A stretch of 64,000 nt of DNA from positions 2,126 to 66,125 of the forward strand of contig DLKT01000045.1 in the NCBI GenBank assembly GCA_002477825.1, given 5' to 3'. Below the pieces are notes generated by a model, which was not told the origin of the DNA, searched no databases, and saw only the letters and a list, made by a program, of their open reading frames with translations. Numbering within the stretch: the stretch's first letter is position 1; each line of letters starts with the position of its first letter. Of this stretch, positions 1-8,442 are shown in pieces. The DNA comes from Bacillales bacterium UBA7581 (lineage in GTDB: Bacteria; Bacillota_I; Bacilli_A; RFN20; CAG-826). Made by a program: the position numbers and the translations under genes.

Positions 1-840
1 AATCATATGCAATAATAAAGCTTCACGAGTTAAAGGAACAACAGGAGAACCAAATTCTTGTTTTCCATGGTGGGCTAAAATCATATGTTCTAATAAAATT
101 CTTTTTTCGTTATCGATTCCTAATGCTTTAGCTTTTTCTCTAATCACACTATGCATGATGGAAATATGACCAATTAAGCGACCTTCTTTGGTATATTTAG
201 CAATAATCGGTCCTGATAATTCAACAATTTTTCCAACGTCATGTAATAAAACCCCCGATAAGAGTAAATCACGATCCACAGGAGGATTACATTGAATTTC
301 TTCATTATAGAAATGTGAAACAAGTTCCGCAAAATCCGCCATAGTAATCGTATGATAAAGGAGACCACTTGCATATTCATGGTGATTACGAACCGCGGCC
401 GGATGTTGAATAAAACGAGCATATACTTTATCATCCAAAATAATGCTTGATACTAAACGATGTAAATCTTCATCTTCAATGGAATCAATATATTTCATCA
501 ATTTGCGTTCTAGTTCTTCACGAGGCACTGGAGCGCTTTTAACAAATAAAGAAATATCCATTTCGGACTCAGGAACAATCGCGCCGCGGAGGACTTTTAA
601 TTGTAATCCTGAACGATAATTTATAACATCCACTTCAATTTCTACAATATTGCCTGCAACGAAAGTTGTTCGATCTTCTTCAAACACTTCCCATTTCTTT
701 CCTTCAATTGTACCCGTACAATCTTGGAAAGTAATCGTCATATAATTAAGGCCATTGTTAGTAACACCATTAACGACATTGGTTACTAAATAACGGCCAA
801 TGATTCGATCATTTTCTTTTAATTCTTTAATCCATTTCAT
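1..840 (-). CDS. yhaM: 3'-5' exoribonuclease YhaM (OB-fold + HD domain); C-terminus runs off the window start
   Basis: Missing from the ORF track because it is open to position 1. Reverse translation from ATG 838-840 reads MKWIKELKENDRIIGRYLVTNVVNG (OB-fold), then HPAAVRNHHEYASGLLYHT, LLHDVGKI and ILAHHGK (HD-domain signature). Overlaps the recX stop. Confidence 0.8.
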   Translation of the reverse strand, partial: MKWIKELKENDRIIGRYLVTNVVNGVTNNGLNYMTITFQDCTGTIEGKKWEVFEEDRTTFVAGNIVEIEVDVINYRSGLQLKVLRGAIVPESEMDISLFVKSAPVPREELERKLMKYIDSIEDEDLHRLVSSIILDDKVYARFIQHPAAVRNHHEYASGLLYHTITMADFAELVSHFYNEEIQCNPPVDRDLLLSGVLLHDVGKIVELSGPIIAKYTKEGRLIGHISIMHSVIREKAKALGIDNEKRILLEHMILAHHGKQEFGSPVVPLTREALLLHMI

Positions 841-1657
841 CTGATTCGTCTGTTCCATCATTTACACTCTCCATCACTTGTTTGATTATATCATATGAAA
901 ATCCTTTTCGCATCAAAGTTGCGATAATTCTTTTACGATATTCATAATTTGAATACTTTCTTTGATAATGAACTTGATATTTTTGTAGTTCTTTTCGACA
1001 CTTTTCCATTTCATCTTCCATGCTTGAATTTTCAATATGAGAAAGGATACTCTGAATCATTTCACTATCATATCCATATTTTAAAAATTCACGGTATAAA
1101 TGCTCTTTTTTCATCCGCCAATTATCTTTTTCATATTTTCTTAAAAAGACAGGTAAAAGTGTGTCCATCTTTTCTTTTTCTATTTCATCATCAAAAATAA
1201 AAGAAGAAATAATGGAACTAGAAATACCATCTTCTTGTAATTTCTTTATAATATAGTTTTTACCATAATATCGCGCTTGAAAGATTTCCACAACATCTTC
1301 TGCGTATCGTCGATCATTTAATAAATTTTGTTCTAGAAGCGTATCGATAATCGAATGAATTTGCGTTTCTGGTATGTTTTTTGATTGAAGTTTTTTTCTA
1401 AAATCCGCTACCGAATACTCTTTTTTCGCAATATAGTTATAGGCAATTTGAAGAGATTTTGCATAAGCATTCTTCTTTTGAATATCCTTTAGTTCAGTTT
1501 CAGAAAGTTCTTTTCCTTCATATAAGAAAAAATCACTATAAACTGTAGGAAAAATAGAAATCTCTTTCTCTTCTTCGTCTTTTAAATAATGTAGAATAAT
1601 TTCTTTTTTCTTAAATTCGATTTTGGTGATAAGATAATTACTTTTCGCTTTCTTCAT
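827..1657 (-). CDS. recX: Recombination regulator RecX
   Basis: 276 aa with three-fold helical repeat architecture. Segments such as YSVADFRKKLQSKNIPETQIHSIIDTLLEQNLLNDRRYAEDVV and RIIATLMRKGFSYDIIKQVM are typical of Firmicutes RecX. Confidence 0.7.
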   Translation of the reverse strand: MKKAKSNYLITKIEFKKKEIILHYLKDEEEKEISIFPTVYSDFFLYEGKELSETELKDIQKKNAYAKSLQIAYNYIAKKEYSVADFRKKLQSKNIPETQIHSIIDTLLEQNLLNDRRYAEDVVEIFQARYYGKNYIIKKLQEDGISSSIISSFIFDDEIEKEKMDTLLPVFLRKYEKDNWRMKKEHLYREFLKYGYDSEMIQSILSHIENSSMEDEMEKCRKELQKYQVHYQRKYSNYEYRKRIIATLMRKGFSYDIIKQVMESVNDGTDESDEMD

Positions 1658-2180
1658 TTTGATTTCCTTTTTTTACTTGAATCGGTTTAACTAAAAAACG
1701 AATGATGAAAAACATAATCGGTAAAGCTAAAACCGGTGCCAATACATAACTTATATAGGGGTTCAAATGTAAAATTCCTGAAAACAGACAAATAAATAAT
1801 GAAGTAAGAATTAAATTGGGGATAGAACTGAGTGGATAACGTAAAAAGCGTTTGATACTCCAAGGTGTTCTAAAAGCAATTTTTGTTTGCGTGGTATAAG
1901 CAAATGGTAATAATAAAATAAAGTTTAAAAGATAAGGAACGTCTACAAATAAAACTTGTGTATCTGTTTTTGTCGTAACTAAACCTTTTCCTGCTTCATA
2001 ATAAATAACAAGAATTTCCGGATTCCATTGAACTTTATTAAAAATAAAGCGAAGGAGCATTGTAAATAAAATGCCCACAACTGTGTTAATTCCTCCTACA
2101 AATATAAAGCGAATTGCCTCTTTTTCCCACCAATAAGAAATAAAAGACATCAACTTATTCTTTTCTTTTTTTTCTTCCAT
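1638..2180 (-). CDS. GtrA-family membrane protein
   Basis: 180 aa with four hydrophobic segments. The N-terminal IRFIFVGGINTVVGILF motif is typical of the GtrA family. Overlaps the recX start by 20 nt. Confidence 0.55.
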   Translation of the reverse strand: MEEKKEKNKLMSFISYWWEKEAIRFIFVGGINTVVGILFTMLLRFIFNKVQWNPEILVIYYEAGKGLVTTKTDTQVLFVDVPYLLNFILLLPFAYTTQTKIAFRTPWSIKRFLRYPLSSIPNLILTSLFICLFSGILHLNPYISYVLAPVLALPIMFFIIRFLVKPIQVKKGNQNEESEK

Positions 2181-2397
2181 AATTGTATCTTCCTTATGTT
2201 TTATATTTTACTCTTTTATTCGTAAAATGAAAAGATATGAGCATCTTATTGTTTTCTTCTTCCAAAGTTTGTTTGGAAATCTATAACGATTTTTAACAAT
2301 TTTGTTTAGTTTTGTAGTATTTTGAAAAACCGCTATTTATTCTCGCTAAAATATCATTACTATTTTTCTTTTTATTTCATAAAAAGGAGGGTTCTGC

Positions 2398-2700
2398 ATG
2401 ATTCGTATTAAGCAACTAAGAGAAGAAAAAGGCTGGACATTAGAGTATATCGCTACTCGTGTAAATGTTACCAATCAAACGATTAGTAACTGGGAAAAAG
2501 GAAAAACTGAACCAGATATCGGAAGTTTAATTCGTTTAGCTGAATTATTTCAAGTTACAGTTGATTATTTGATTGCTCATGATAAATATGCCCATGATGT
2601 CTCGGACTTAAAAATGAGAATTGGACGTATGGATTCTGAAACTCTACGAAAATTAACCTTGGACTATTTAGATCTCTTAAATGATGAAGATAAAAAATAG
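2398..2700 (+). CDS. XRE-family helix-turn-helix transcriptional regulator
   Basis: MIRIKQLREEKGWTLEYIATRVNVTNQTISNWEKGKTEPDIGSLIRLAELFQVTVDYL is a canonical HTH_3 domain. AAGGAGG RBS lies 6 nt upstream. Confidence 0.8.
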   Translation: MIRIKQLREEKGWTLEYIATRVNVTNQTISNWEKGKTEPDIGSLIRLAELFQVTVDYLIAHDKYAHDVSDLKMRIGRMDSETLRKLTLDYLDLLNDEDKK

Positions 2701-2712
2701 GGTTGAATTACC

Positions 2713-3390
2713 CTATTTTTTTATGATTTCTTGTATACCAATGATTCGATAATCATCAATCACTGTATCGCCACCTAATACTGCACAATTGGCATAAAGT
2801 ATCACATGGTTTCCTATAGTGGGATGCCTTTTTTTATTTTTTTTCTTTCTTGCGTCTTTTAAAGATAAAGCACCTAAAGTTACGCCTTGATACATACGAA
2901 CATCCTCTCCGATCATTGTAGTTTCTCCAATGACTACACCTGTTCCGTGATCGATGAAAAATCCTTTTTTTATACTAGCACCTGGATGAATATCGATTCC
3001 TGTTTTTTCATGTGCATATTCGCTTAACATGCGTGGCAGGTAATTGGCTTTCTTTTCATAGAGTAAATGAGCGACTCGATAGATGAACACTGCATAAAAA
3101 CCAGGATATAAGAAAAAAATTTCTTCTTCATCTTTAGCCGCAGGATCACCTTTTAAAGCCGCTAATAAGTCTTCATTCACTATGTCGATAAAAGATGGTA
3201 TTGTTTTCATTACCTCCATGATAATTCTTTTTTTCTTTTCTTTCTTTTCAAAAAGAAGATAAGATAACCCTCGTCTGATTTTTTTTAATAACTGAGGATT
3301 TAAAGTATAGAAAAATTCTTGAATCAAAAGAATCCATTTTTTTAAGTATTTCCTTTTTCTTATCCACGATTCAAATTCAGTACTACTCAT
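2713..3390 (-). CDS. cysE: Serine O-acetyltransferase CysE
   Basis: Hexapeptide-repeat core IDIHPGASIKKGFFIDHGTGVVIGETTMIGEDVRMYQGVTLG...KRHPTIGNHV. I chose ATG 3390 (GGAGA RBS, ATGAGTAG overlap with the cysK stop) over the track start 3444. A shorter form starting at 3219 (MEVMKT) cannot be excluded. Confidence 0.8.
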   Translation of the reverse strand: MSSTEFESWIRKRKYLKKWILLIQEFFYTLNPQLLKKIRRGLSYLLFEKKEKKKRIIMEVMKTIPSFIDIVNEDLLAALKGDPAAKDEEEIFFLYPGFYAVFIYRVAHLLYEKKANYLPRMLSEYAHEKTGIDIHPGASIKKGFFIDHGTGVVIGETTMIGEDVRMYQGVTLGALSLKDARKKKNKKRHPTIGNHVILYANCAVLGGDTVIDDYRIIGIQEIIKK

Positions 3391-4306
3391 ACTCTTTCTC
3401 CAATATCGACAAGTAGCGTTCACCAAAATCAGGAAGTAACCCAACCACCTTTACTTTCCTTTTTTTTGCTATTCTCACCAATGCATCGATTACTGCGCCT
3501 GAAGAAATTCCTACCAATATTCCTTCTTCTTTCGCTACTTCTTTCATCCATTTTTTAGCATTTTTACTCGAAACACATAAAATATCATCAATAAGTGAAA
3601 GATTTAAAATTGGCGAAATAAAATTAGGTCCTATTCCTTGTATTTCATGTCTTCCTGCTTTTCCTTTTGTTAATAAAGGTGATTCAGCAGGTTCTATACC
3701 GACGATTCTAATATCGCTTCGATATTCTTTTAAACGCTTTGCTGTGCCACTAATCGTGCCTCCTGTACCAATTCCTGCTACAAAAGCATCAATAGAAGGA
3801 AGATCTTGAATGATTTCTAAACCCGTACGTAAATAATGCGCGTTGATGTTTTCTTCATTGGTAAATTGCGATGGGATAAAATAGTTCTTTATTTGTTTCT
3901 TTAATTCTTCTAATTTTTTTAATGCGCCTTCCATTCCTTCTTCTTTGGGTGTTAAGATTACTTTTCCCCCATACGCTTTGATTAATGTTATTCTTTCTTT
4001 CGACATATTTTCTGGCATAATAGCGATGAAAGATAATCCCATTTGTGCGCATAACATACTGAAAGCAATTCCCGTATTTCCTGAGGTAACTTCTATAACC
4101 TGCGTATTTTTATGGATTTTATTCTCTTTTACCGCTTGATTTAAAATCAGTAAAGCAATACGGCTTTTAGATGAGCCACCTAAATTAAATCCTTCCAGTT
4201 TTACAAAAATTTGTCCTTTTAAATGATATTTTCTTTTTATTTTCTTTAGTTCCACTAAAGGAGTATGACCAATCATGTCTTGGATATCATTTAATAACAT
4301 ATTCAA
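3383..4306 (-). CDS. cysK: Cysteine synthase A (O-acetylserine sulfhydrylase)
   Basis: 307 aa PLP-enzyme signature: GGSSKSRIAL, TSGNTGIAF, GTGGTISG. Operon partner of cysE. Confidence 0.9.
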   Translation of the reverse strand: MNMLLNDIQDMIGHTPLVELKKIKRKYHLKGQIFVKLEGFNLGGSSKSRIALLILNQAVKENKIHKNTQVIEVTSGNTGIAFSMLCAQMGLSFIAIMPENMSKERITLIKAYGGKVILTPKEEGMEGALKKLEELKKQIKNYFIPSQFTNEENINAHYLRTGLEIIQDLPSIDAFVAGIGTGGTISGTAKRLKEYRSDIRIVGIEPAESPLLTKGKAGRHEIQGIGPNFISPILNLSLIDDILCVSSKNAKKWMKEVAKEEGILVGISSGAVIDALVRIAKKRKVKVVGLLPDFGERYLSILEKEYE

Positions 4307-4414
4307 TCCTCCTAAAATACAATATGCAAAAAAATGAAAACGGCGATGAAGTGGTGCTTTTTACCAAAATAATTTTAGGTTTTCTTTTCATACTAGCATT
4401 AGGAGGCAATCAAA

Positions 4415-4606
4415 ATGAGAAAAAAGAAAAAGAAAAAATATGTTCATGAAGATTTTTTAAGCATGCGAAAAAGAATGCTCAACGAAATCAGTGATGAAAA
4501 TATTATTTATGAAGAATCACAAACGGGTCCTCAAGAAGAGCCCACATTACAAGAAATCCATTTGAAATTAGATGAATGGATGGAAAAACGAGATGAAAAA
4601 AAATAA
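4415..4606 (+). CDS. Small hypothetical protein (63 aa) with N-terminal poly-Lys
   Basis: Strong RBS (AGGAGG, 8 nt spacer) and a terminator hairpin directly after the stop. Starts MRKKKKKKY, with an acidic C-terminal half. No recognisable family. Confidence 0.4.
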   Translation: MRKKKKKKYVHEDFLSMRKRMLNEISDENIIYEESQTGPQEEPTLQEIHLKLDEWMEKRDEKK

Positions 4607-4629
4607 AGAGCCGAGGCTCTTTATTTTTG
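4605..4629. terminator. Bidirectional intrinsic terminator between convergent genes
   Basis: AAAGAG-CCGAGG-CTCTTT hairpin with a T-run on the plus strand and an A-run before it. Overlaps both stop codons. Confidence 0.55.
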
Positions 4630-5040
4630 TCTATAATGAATGCTTTTATGTTCAAATTGCTGAAAGATTTTTTTCGCTATTGCTTTCTTTACATCGGCAT
4701 CTTGTTCAGTTACCGCTGCTCCTAAATGCGTATTAAAGGTAAGTGGAACTTCATGATCCATATCACAATACTCGCATGTAAATTCGACGCTTCCCTTCCA
4801 CGTTTCTTTCTTTTCATCGCGGAAAGTATTTTCAAACTGACAATATAACGTAGGATCAACGAAACCATTATCACTCATGCAGTAATGATGAGGCATTTCA
4901 CAATCTGGACAATAGGAACGCTTAATCTTCTTACGCTTTTTAATATGATAAATTAATAATAGGAAATTGATAAAGCCAAAGACGATTTTGATGATGATAA
5001 ATTTTCTTTCATCTTCAGCGCCTATTTGTTGCGTTAGCAT
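4621..5040 (-). CDS. Hypothetical membrane-anchored protein with four-Cys (zinc-ribbon-like) domain
   Basis: 139 aa. One TM (IIIKIVFGFINFLLLIYHI), then CPDC...C...C...CEYC cysteine pairs. No Shine-Dalgarno; starts 15 nt after the stop of the upstream split ORF. Confidence 0.4.
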   Translation of the reverse strand: MLTQQIGAEDERKFIIIKIVFGFINFLLLIYHIKKRKKIKRSYCPDCEMPHHYCMSDNGFVDPTLYCQFENTFRDEKKETWKGSVEFTCEYCDMDHEVPLTFNTHLGAAVTEQDADVKKAIAKKIFQQFEHKSIHYRQK

Positions 5041-5055
5041 TTGTTCAATATCTAC

Positions 5056-5303
5056 TTAAAAAAAGTTTTTAAATAATTTTAACGCAATTAATTCGATACC
5101 TGTAAGCATAAACCAAACATTAATAAAGATTAAAATGCCATTCCATCTTAAAGCACTTTTTCGGTAATTTTTTCTTTTTATCGCCGGTGCTACGGATGTA
5201 GTTCTAGCGGTTGTTACTGGTTTTGCTTTAGGTTCTGTTTTTTTTGTTGGGCATTTATTTTTGCATTGGGCTCTTCACGAAAGTACTTATCATATCTTCC
5301 CAT
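5056..5303 (-). pseudogene. Small tail-anchored membrane protein gene interrupted at an A8 run (frameshift, sequencing error or programmed slippage)
   Basis: ATG 5303 with a GGAGA RBS. The zero frame stops after 29 codons (TAA 5214-5216). The -1 frame from the A8 run (T8 at 5238-5245 on plus) stays open to TAA 5056-5058 and encodes ...KRKNYRKSALRWNGILIFINVWFMLTGIELIALKLFKNFF. Confidence 0.35.
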
Positions 5304-5390
5304 GATATCTTTCTCCTTCTATACCCTTTTATTATAATTTTTTGATATTTTTCGTCTATAAATTTTGACGCAATATGTGTATAAAAAAGA

Positions 5391-6692
5391 TTATTCTTCT
5401 TCCTCATCTTTATCTTCTTCAACTTCTACCATTACTTTTTCAACAGTAAATTCATCCGCTTTTAAAACGGTGACGGTTAAATTAGCAAAATCAAAGGTGT
5501 CGCCCTTTTTAGCAAACCTTTCGAGATTTTCAATCACCCAACCACCAACGGTTGTATATTCGGTTTCAACCTCTTTTTCATAATGAACTAAATCAAAGAA
5601 ATCATCAATATTCATCGAGCCATCGACGATATAAACTCCTTCGCTTTTTTCTTTATAATCTTCTTCGACTTTATCACTTTCGTCCCAGATTTCGCCCACT
5701 AATTCTTCCACAATGTCTTCCATGGTCACAATACCCATCGTGCCACCAAATTCATCTTTAATAATGGCCATATGTTGTTTTTGTTCTTTCATATCTTCCA
5801 ATAAAGAAGAAATGGATTTTGATTTATGAATAAACATGGGGTGGCGCATTAATTCACGAATATCAATCTTAGAACCCTTTAAATACTCTTTAAACAAACG
5901 TTTCGTGGAAAGAACACCAATAATGTTATCAATGGATTCTTCATAAACAGGAATCAAAGAATGAAGGAAAATTTCATGGTTTTCAATCAATTCTTTAAAG
6001 TCATCTTCAATATCAAAAGCAAAGACGTCCACACGTGGTGTCATGATTTCATAAGCGGCTGTATCGGTAAAATCAATCGCGGACTTTAATAATTCGCCTT
6101 GTTTTTCATCAATGACGCCCTCTTCTTCAATAGTATCTACAATTTCTAATAATTCTTCATCGGTTACGGAAGGTTCATTTTCCTTTTTCTTTGGTAAGAT
6201 ATGAGTAAATCCTTTTACAATACCTGAAACCACAAAAGTCACAGGCCAGAAAATAATCTTTAAAAATTGAATTGGATAAGCAAAAGCTTTAGAAAGCTTA
6301 TAAGAACTCATTGTACCTAAATTCTTAGGAATAACTTCACCAAAAATAATTAAAAAAACTAAAACAACAATCGATGAAATGGTTGAGGCGGTTTCATCAC
6401 TAATAGCGTCGTTGGTTTTAAAAATACCAATACAGATCATTGTAGCTAAAGATGAACAGGCAATATTCACTAAATTATTACCAAATAGTATAGCGGTTAA
6501 TGTTTTATCATAATCATCAATTAATTTAACGGCCAAACGAGATGTTTTATTTCCTTCTTCACTTTCCTTTTTTAGACGTAATTTATTCACCACCGTATAC
6601 GCAAGTTCAGAAGATGATAAAAAGCCAGAAGCGAGCAAGCAAATAATTAAAATTAACATTTGCCAACCATAATTCATTAAAAACTCTTTCAT
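5391..6692 (-). CDS. CNNM/HlyC/CorC-family transporter (DUF21 + CBS pair + CorC_HlyC)
   Basis: 433 aa. Has an N-terminal four-TM DUF21 domain, a CBS pair (EIMTPRVDVFAF..., GIVTMEDIVEELVGEI) and a C-terminal CorC_HlyC-like domain. Confidence 0.85.
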   Translation of the reverse strand: MKEFLMNYGWQMLILIICLLASGFLSSSELAYTVVNKLRLKKESEEGNKTSRLAVKLIDDYDKTLTAILFGNNLVNIACSSLATMICIGIFKTNDAISDETASTISSIVVLVFLIIFGEVIPKNLGTMSSYKLSKAFAYPIQFLKIIFWPVTFVVSGIVKGFTHILPKKKENEPSVTDEELLEIVDTIEEEGVIDEKQGELLKSAIDFTDTAAYEIMTPRVDVFAFDIEDDFKELIENHEIFLHSLIPVYEESIDNIIGVLSTKRLFKEYLKGSKIDIRELMRHPMFIHKSKSISSLLEDMKEQKQHMAIIKDEFGGTMGIVTMEDIVEELVGEIWDESDKVEEDYKEKSEGVYIVDGSMNIDDFFDLVHYEKEVETEYTTVGGWVIENLERFAKKGDTFDFANLTVTVLKADEFTVEKVMVEVEEDKDEEEE

Positions 6693-7759
6693 TCTTTATC
6701 ACCCCTTTTTGGTTCGGATAAAGAAGCCGTGTCTTTGGTTGCTTCGCCCACTAATTCTTCTAATAAATCTTCCATGGTTACCATGCCTAAAGTTTGGTTA
6801 TCTTTCGACTTAACAATAGCAATATGTGTTTTATTTTTATTAAAACCCTCTAATAATTCATCCATGGAAATAGAAGGAGAAACCACATAAACCTTTTTTA
6901 AAGTCGATTTAATGGAAACCTTTTTATTAGAGAAATAAGATTTTAAATAGGATTTAACAACTAAAATACCAATGATATGGTCAATGTCTTTTTTATATAC
7001 AGGTATTCTTGAATAAGGCGTATCTAAAATGATTTGATTTAACGTATCATGCGTTAAAGAATCAATATTGATTGCAAACATTTTTTCTTTGGGTGTAAAA
7101 ACATCTTTTACAATGGTATCACTAAAATCTAATGAATTTTGAATGATATCACTTTCTTGTTCTTCTAAAAGGCCTTCTTCTTCAATGGATTCAATCATGT
7201 TAGAGAAATCTTCTTCGGTCATTGAAGGTTCTTCTTTAATATGAAATATTTTTTGTACAACAAAAACAATGCCTTCAAAGATTTTAGCAAAAGGCCATAA
7301 GATGATCATGAGAAAATAAACGAACCACGCCGTCATCGAGGCAATGCGATCTGGATAAATTCTGGCTAAAGCTTTCGGTAATGTATCCGAAAATAAAAAG
7401 CAGATTGCAGTAGAAACTATCGTAGCGACAATCGTTACCGTTGAACTCGTCGCCTCTGGTAATAAGCGAATAAAAAGCAAGGTAGAAATGGATGACACGA
7501 AAACAGCAACAATATTGTTGCCAATTAAAAGTACGGATACAGCATGATCAAATTTATCCACTACTTTACAAACTATTTTTGCTGTCCGATTTCCATCATC
7601 CGCTTTGACTCTCATTCGAATTCGGTTACAAGAAGCAAGCGCTGTTTCACTTGCCGAAAAAATCGCACCAAATAAAACAAGCACAATAATTAAAATCCAG
7701 GATGTCCAGGATTCAGTATTTTGTGCAAATATCGTAAACAGACTAGGCCCATCAGGCAT
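6689..7759 (-). CDS. CNNM-family protein (DUF21 + CBS pair, no CorC_HlyC domain)
   Basis: 356 aa paralog of the downstream gene, ending right after GMVTMEDLLEELVGE. Has a 4-nt overlap with the downstream gene. Confidence 0.8.
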   Translation of the reverse strand: MPDGPSLFTIFAQNTESWTSWILIIVLVLFGAIFSASETALASCNRIRMRVKADDGNRTAKIVCKVVDKFDHAVSVLLIGNNIVAVFVSSISTLLFIRLLPEATSSTVTIVATIVSTAICFLFSDTLPKALARIYPDRIASMTAWFVYFLMIILWPFAKIFEGIVFVVQKIFHIKEEPSMTEEDFSNMIESIEEEGLLEEQESDIIQNSLDFSDTIVKDVFTPKEKMFAINIDSLTHDTLNQIILDTPYSRIPVYKKDIDHIIGILVVKSYLKSYFSNKKVSIKSTLKKVYVVSPSISMDELLEGFNKNKTHIAIVKSKDNQTLGMVTMEDLLEELVGEATKDTASLSEPKRGDKE

Positions 7760-7792
7760 CTAAACCAACTCCTCAGTTAGAAACTGATAAAT

Positions 7793-7821
7793 ATTATATC
7801 ATTGCTTCTTATCTTTTTCAA
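7793..7821 (-). promoter_or_regulatory. Sigma-A-type promoter of the CNNM pair
   Basis: Minus strand reads TTGAAA - 17 nt - TATAAT, followed by a short leader with a GAGGAG RBS. Confidence 0.6.
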
Positions 7822-7876
7822 GGTGAAAAACACGTCATTTTCCTAAAAAAACGAGCTTTTTTATGCAAAATCCCAT

Positions 7877-7911
7877 AAAAAAACTGTATAAAGCGAAATG
7901 ACTTTATACAG
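7877..7911 (-). terminator. Intrinsic terminator after nrdG
   Basis: 10-bp stem CTGTATAAAG / CTTTATACAG with an 8-nt loop, followed by a U7 run on the minus strand. Confidence 0.75.
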
Positions 7912-7926
7912 TTTCATTTTATGAAA

Positions 7927-8442
7927 TTACCAAGTAACTAAGACCATTTGATTTTCGTGCAAAGATTTTTTTACATCGATAATTCTTTGATTAGTACTTC
8001 CTCTAAAACGTAAGGAAATGTCTCTTTCTTCTAAGTGGAAAGGACCATCGACAATATAATCGACTTCATGAAGTAAACGATCTAAGTTTTCATTTTCTTT
8101 ACGAAGCTTCATAATTTCTTCCCAAGTAAATCCGGTATAGACAATCAAAGAGAGGCCATGGCCTGATAGCTTATACGCTAATTCTAGGCAGGCATCAATT
8201 TGATAAAGAGGATCTCCACCCGTAAGAGTGACTCCGCTTAATAAAGGATTTTGTAAGGCCATTTTAATAATTTTATCAATATCTTCATCATAGCCTTTAG
8301 AGAAATCATGCGTTTCCGGATTATGACAACCTGGACAGTTATGCGCACAACCTTGGGTGAAAACCGCTAAACGAATGCCAGGGCCATCAACGATAGAATC
8401 GTTAACAATGCCCGCAATACGAATCTTACCCATGGATATCAT
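7927..8442 (-). CDS. nrdG: Anaerobic ribonucleoside-triphosphate reductase activating protein (radical SAM)
   Basis: GCAHNCPGCHNP cluster motif and GGDPL, about 170 aa, overlapping the nrdD stop. The true start may be ATG 8433 (MGKIRIAG). Confidence 0.85.
   Translation of the reverse strand: MISMGKIRIAGIVNDSIVDGPGIRLAVFTQGCAHNCPGCHNPETHDFSKGYDEDIDKIIKMALQNPLLSGVTLTGGDPLYQIDACLELAYKLSGHGLSLIVYTGFTWEEIMKLRKENENLDRLLHEVDYIVDGPFHLEERDISLRFRGSTNQRIIDVKKSLHENQMVLVTW

Noticed and set aside
174-434. 86-aa ORF from the six-frame track
   Set aside because: It lies in a different frame on the same strand, entirely inside the much better supported yhaM reading frame (OB-fold + HD motifs). It has low-complexity hydrophobic content and no RBS.
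949-1200. Short ORFs embedded in or antisense to longer genes throughout the track: 949-1200, 3855-4139, 5365-5761, 11351-11605, 14511-15070, 15425-15610, 17399-17596, 19131-19377, 20376-20558, 21165-21377, 22470-22664, 24324-24509, 25437-25631, 27141-27377, 28710-28913, 29908-30099, 31241-31776, 32810-33192, 36171-36395, 37838-38122, 42886-43437, 43883-44113, 45094-45330, 48548-48779, 49464-49917, 50081-50296, 56458-56658, 57921-58106, 60145-60420, 61083-61268, 63090-63308
   Set aside because: Each lies inside or opposite a longer ORF with clear family motifs. They have AT-rich low-complexity translations (runs of F, I, K, L), as expected by chance in an AT-rich genome, and no RBS.
3219-3390. 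Alternative short cysE starting at MEVMKT (3219), leaving a 163-nt cysK-cysE spacer
   Set aside because: Not fully excluded, because B. subtilis CysE aligns from about this point. However, ATG 3390 has a proper GGAGA RBS and an ATGA-type overlap with cysK, whereas 3219 and 3210 lack a well-spaced RBS.
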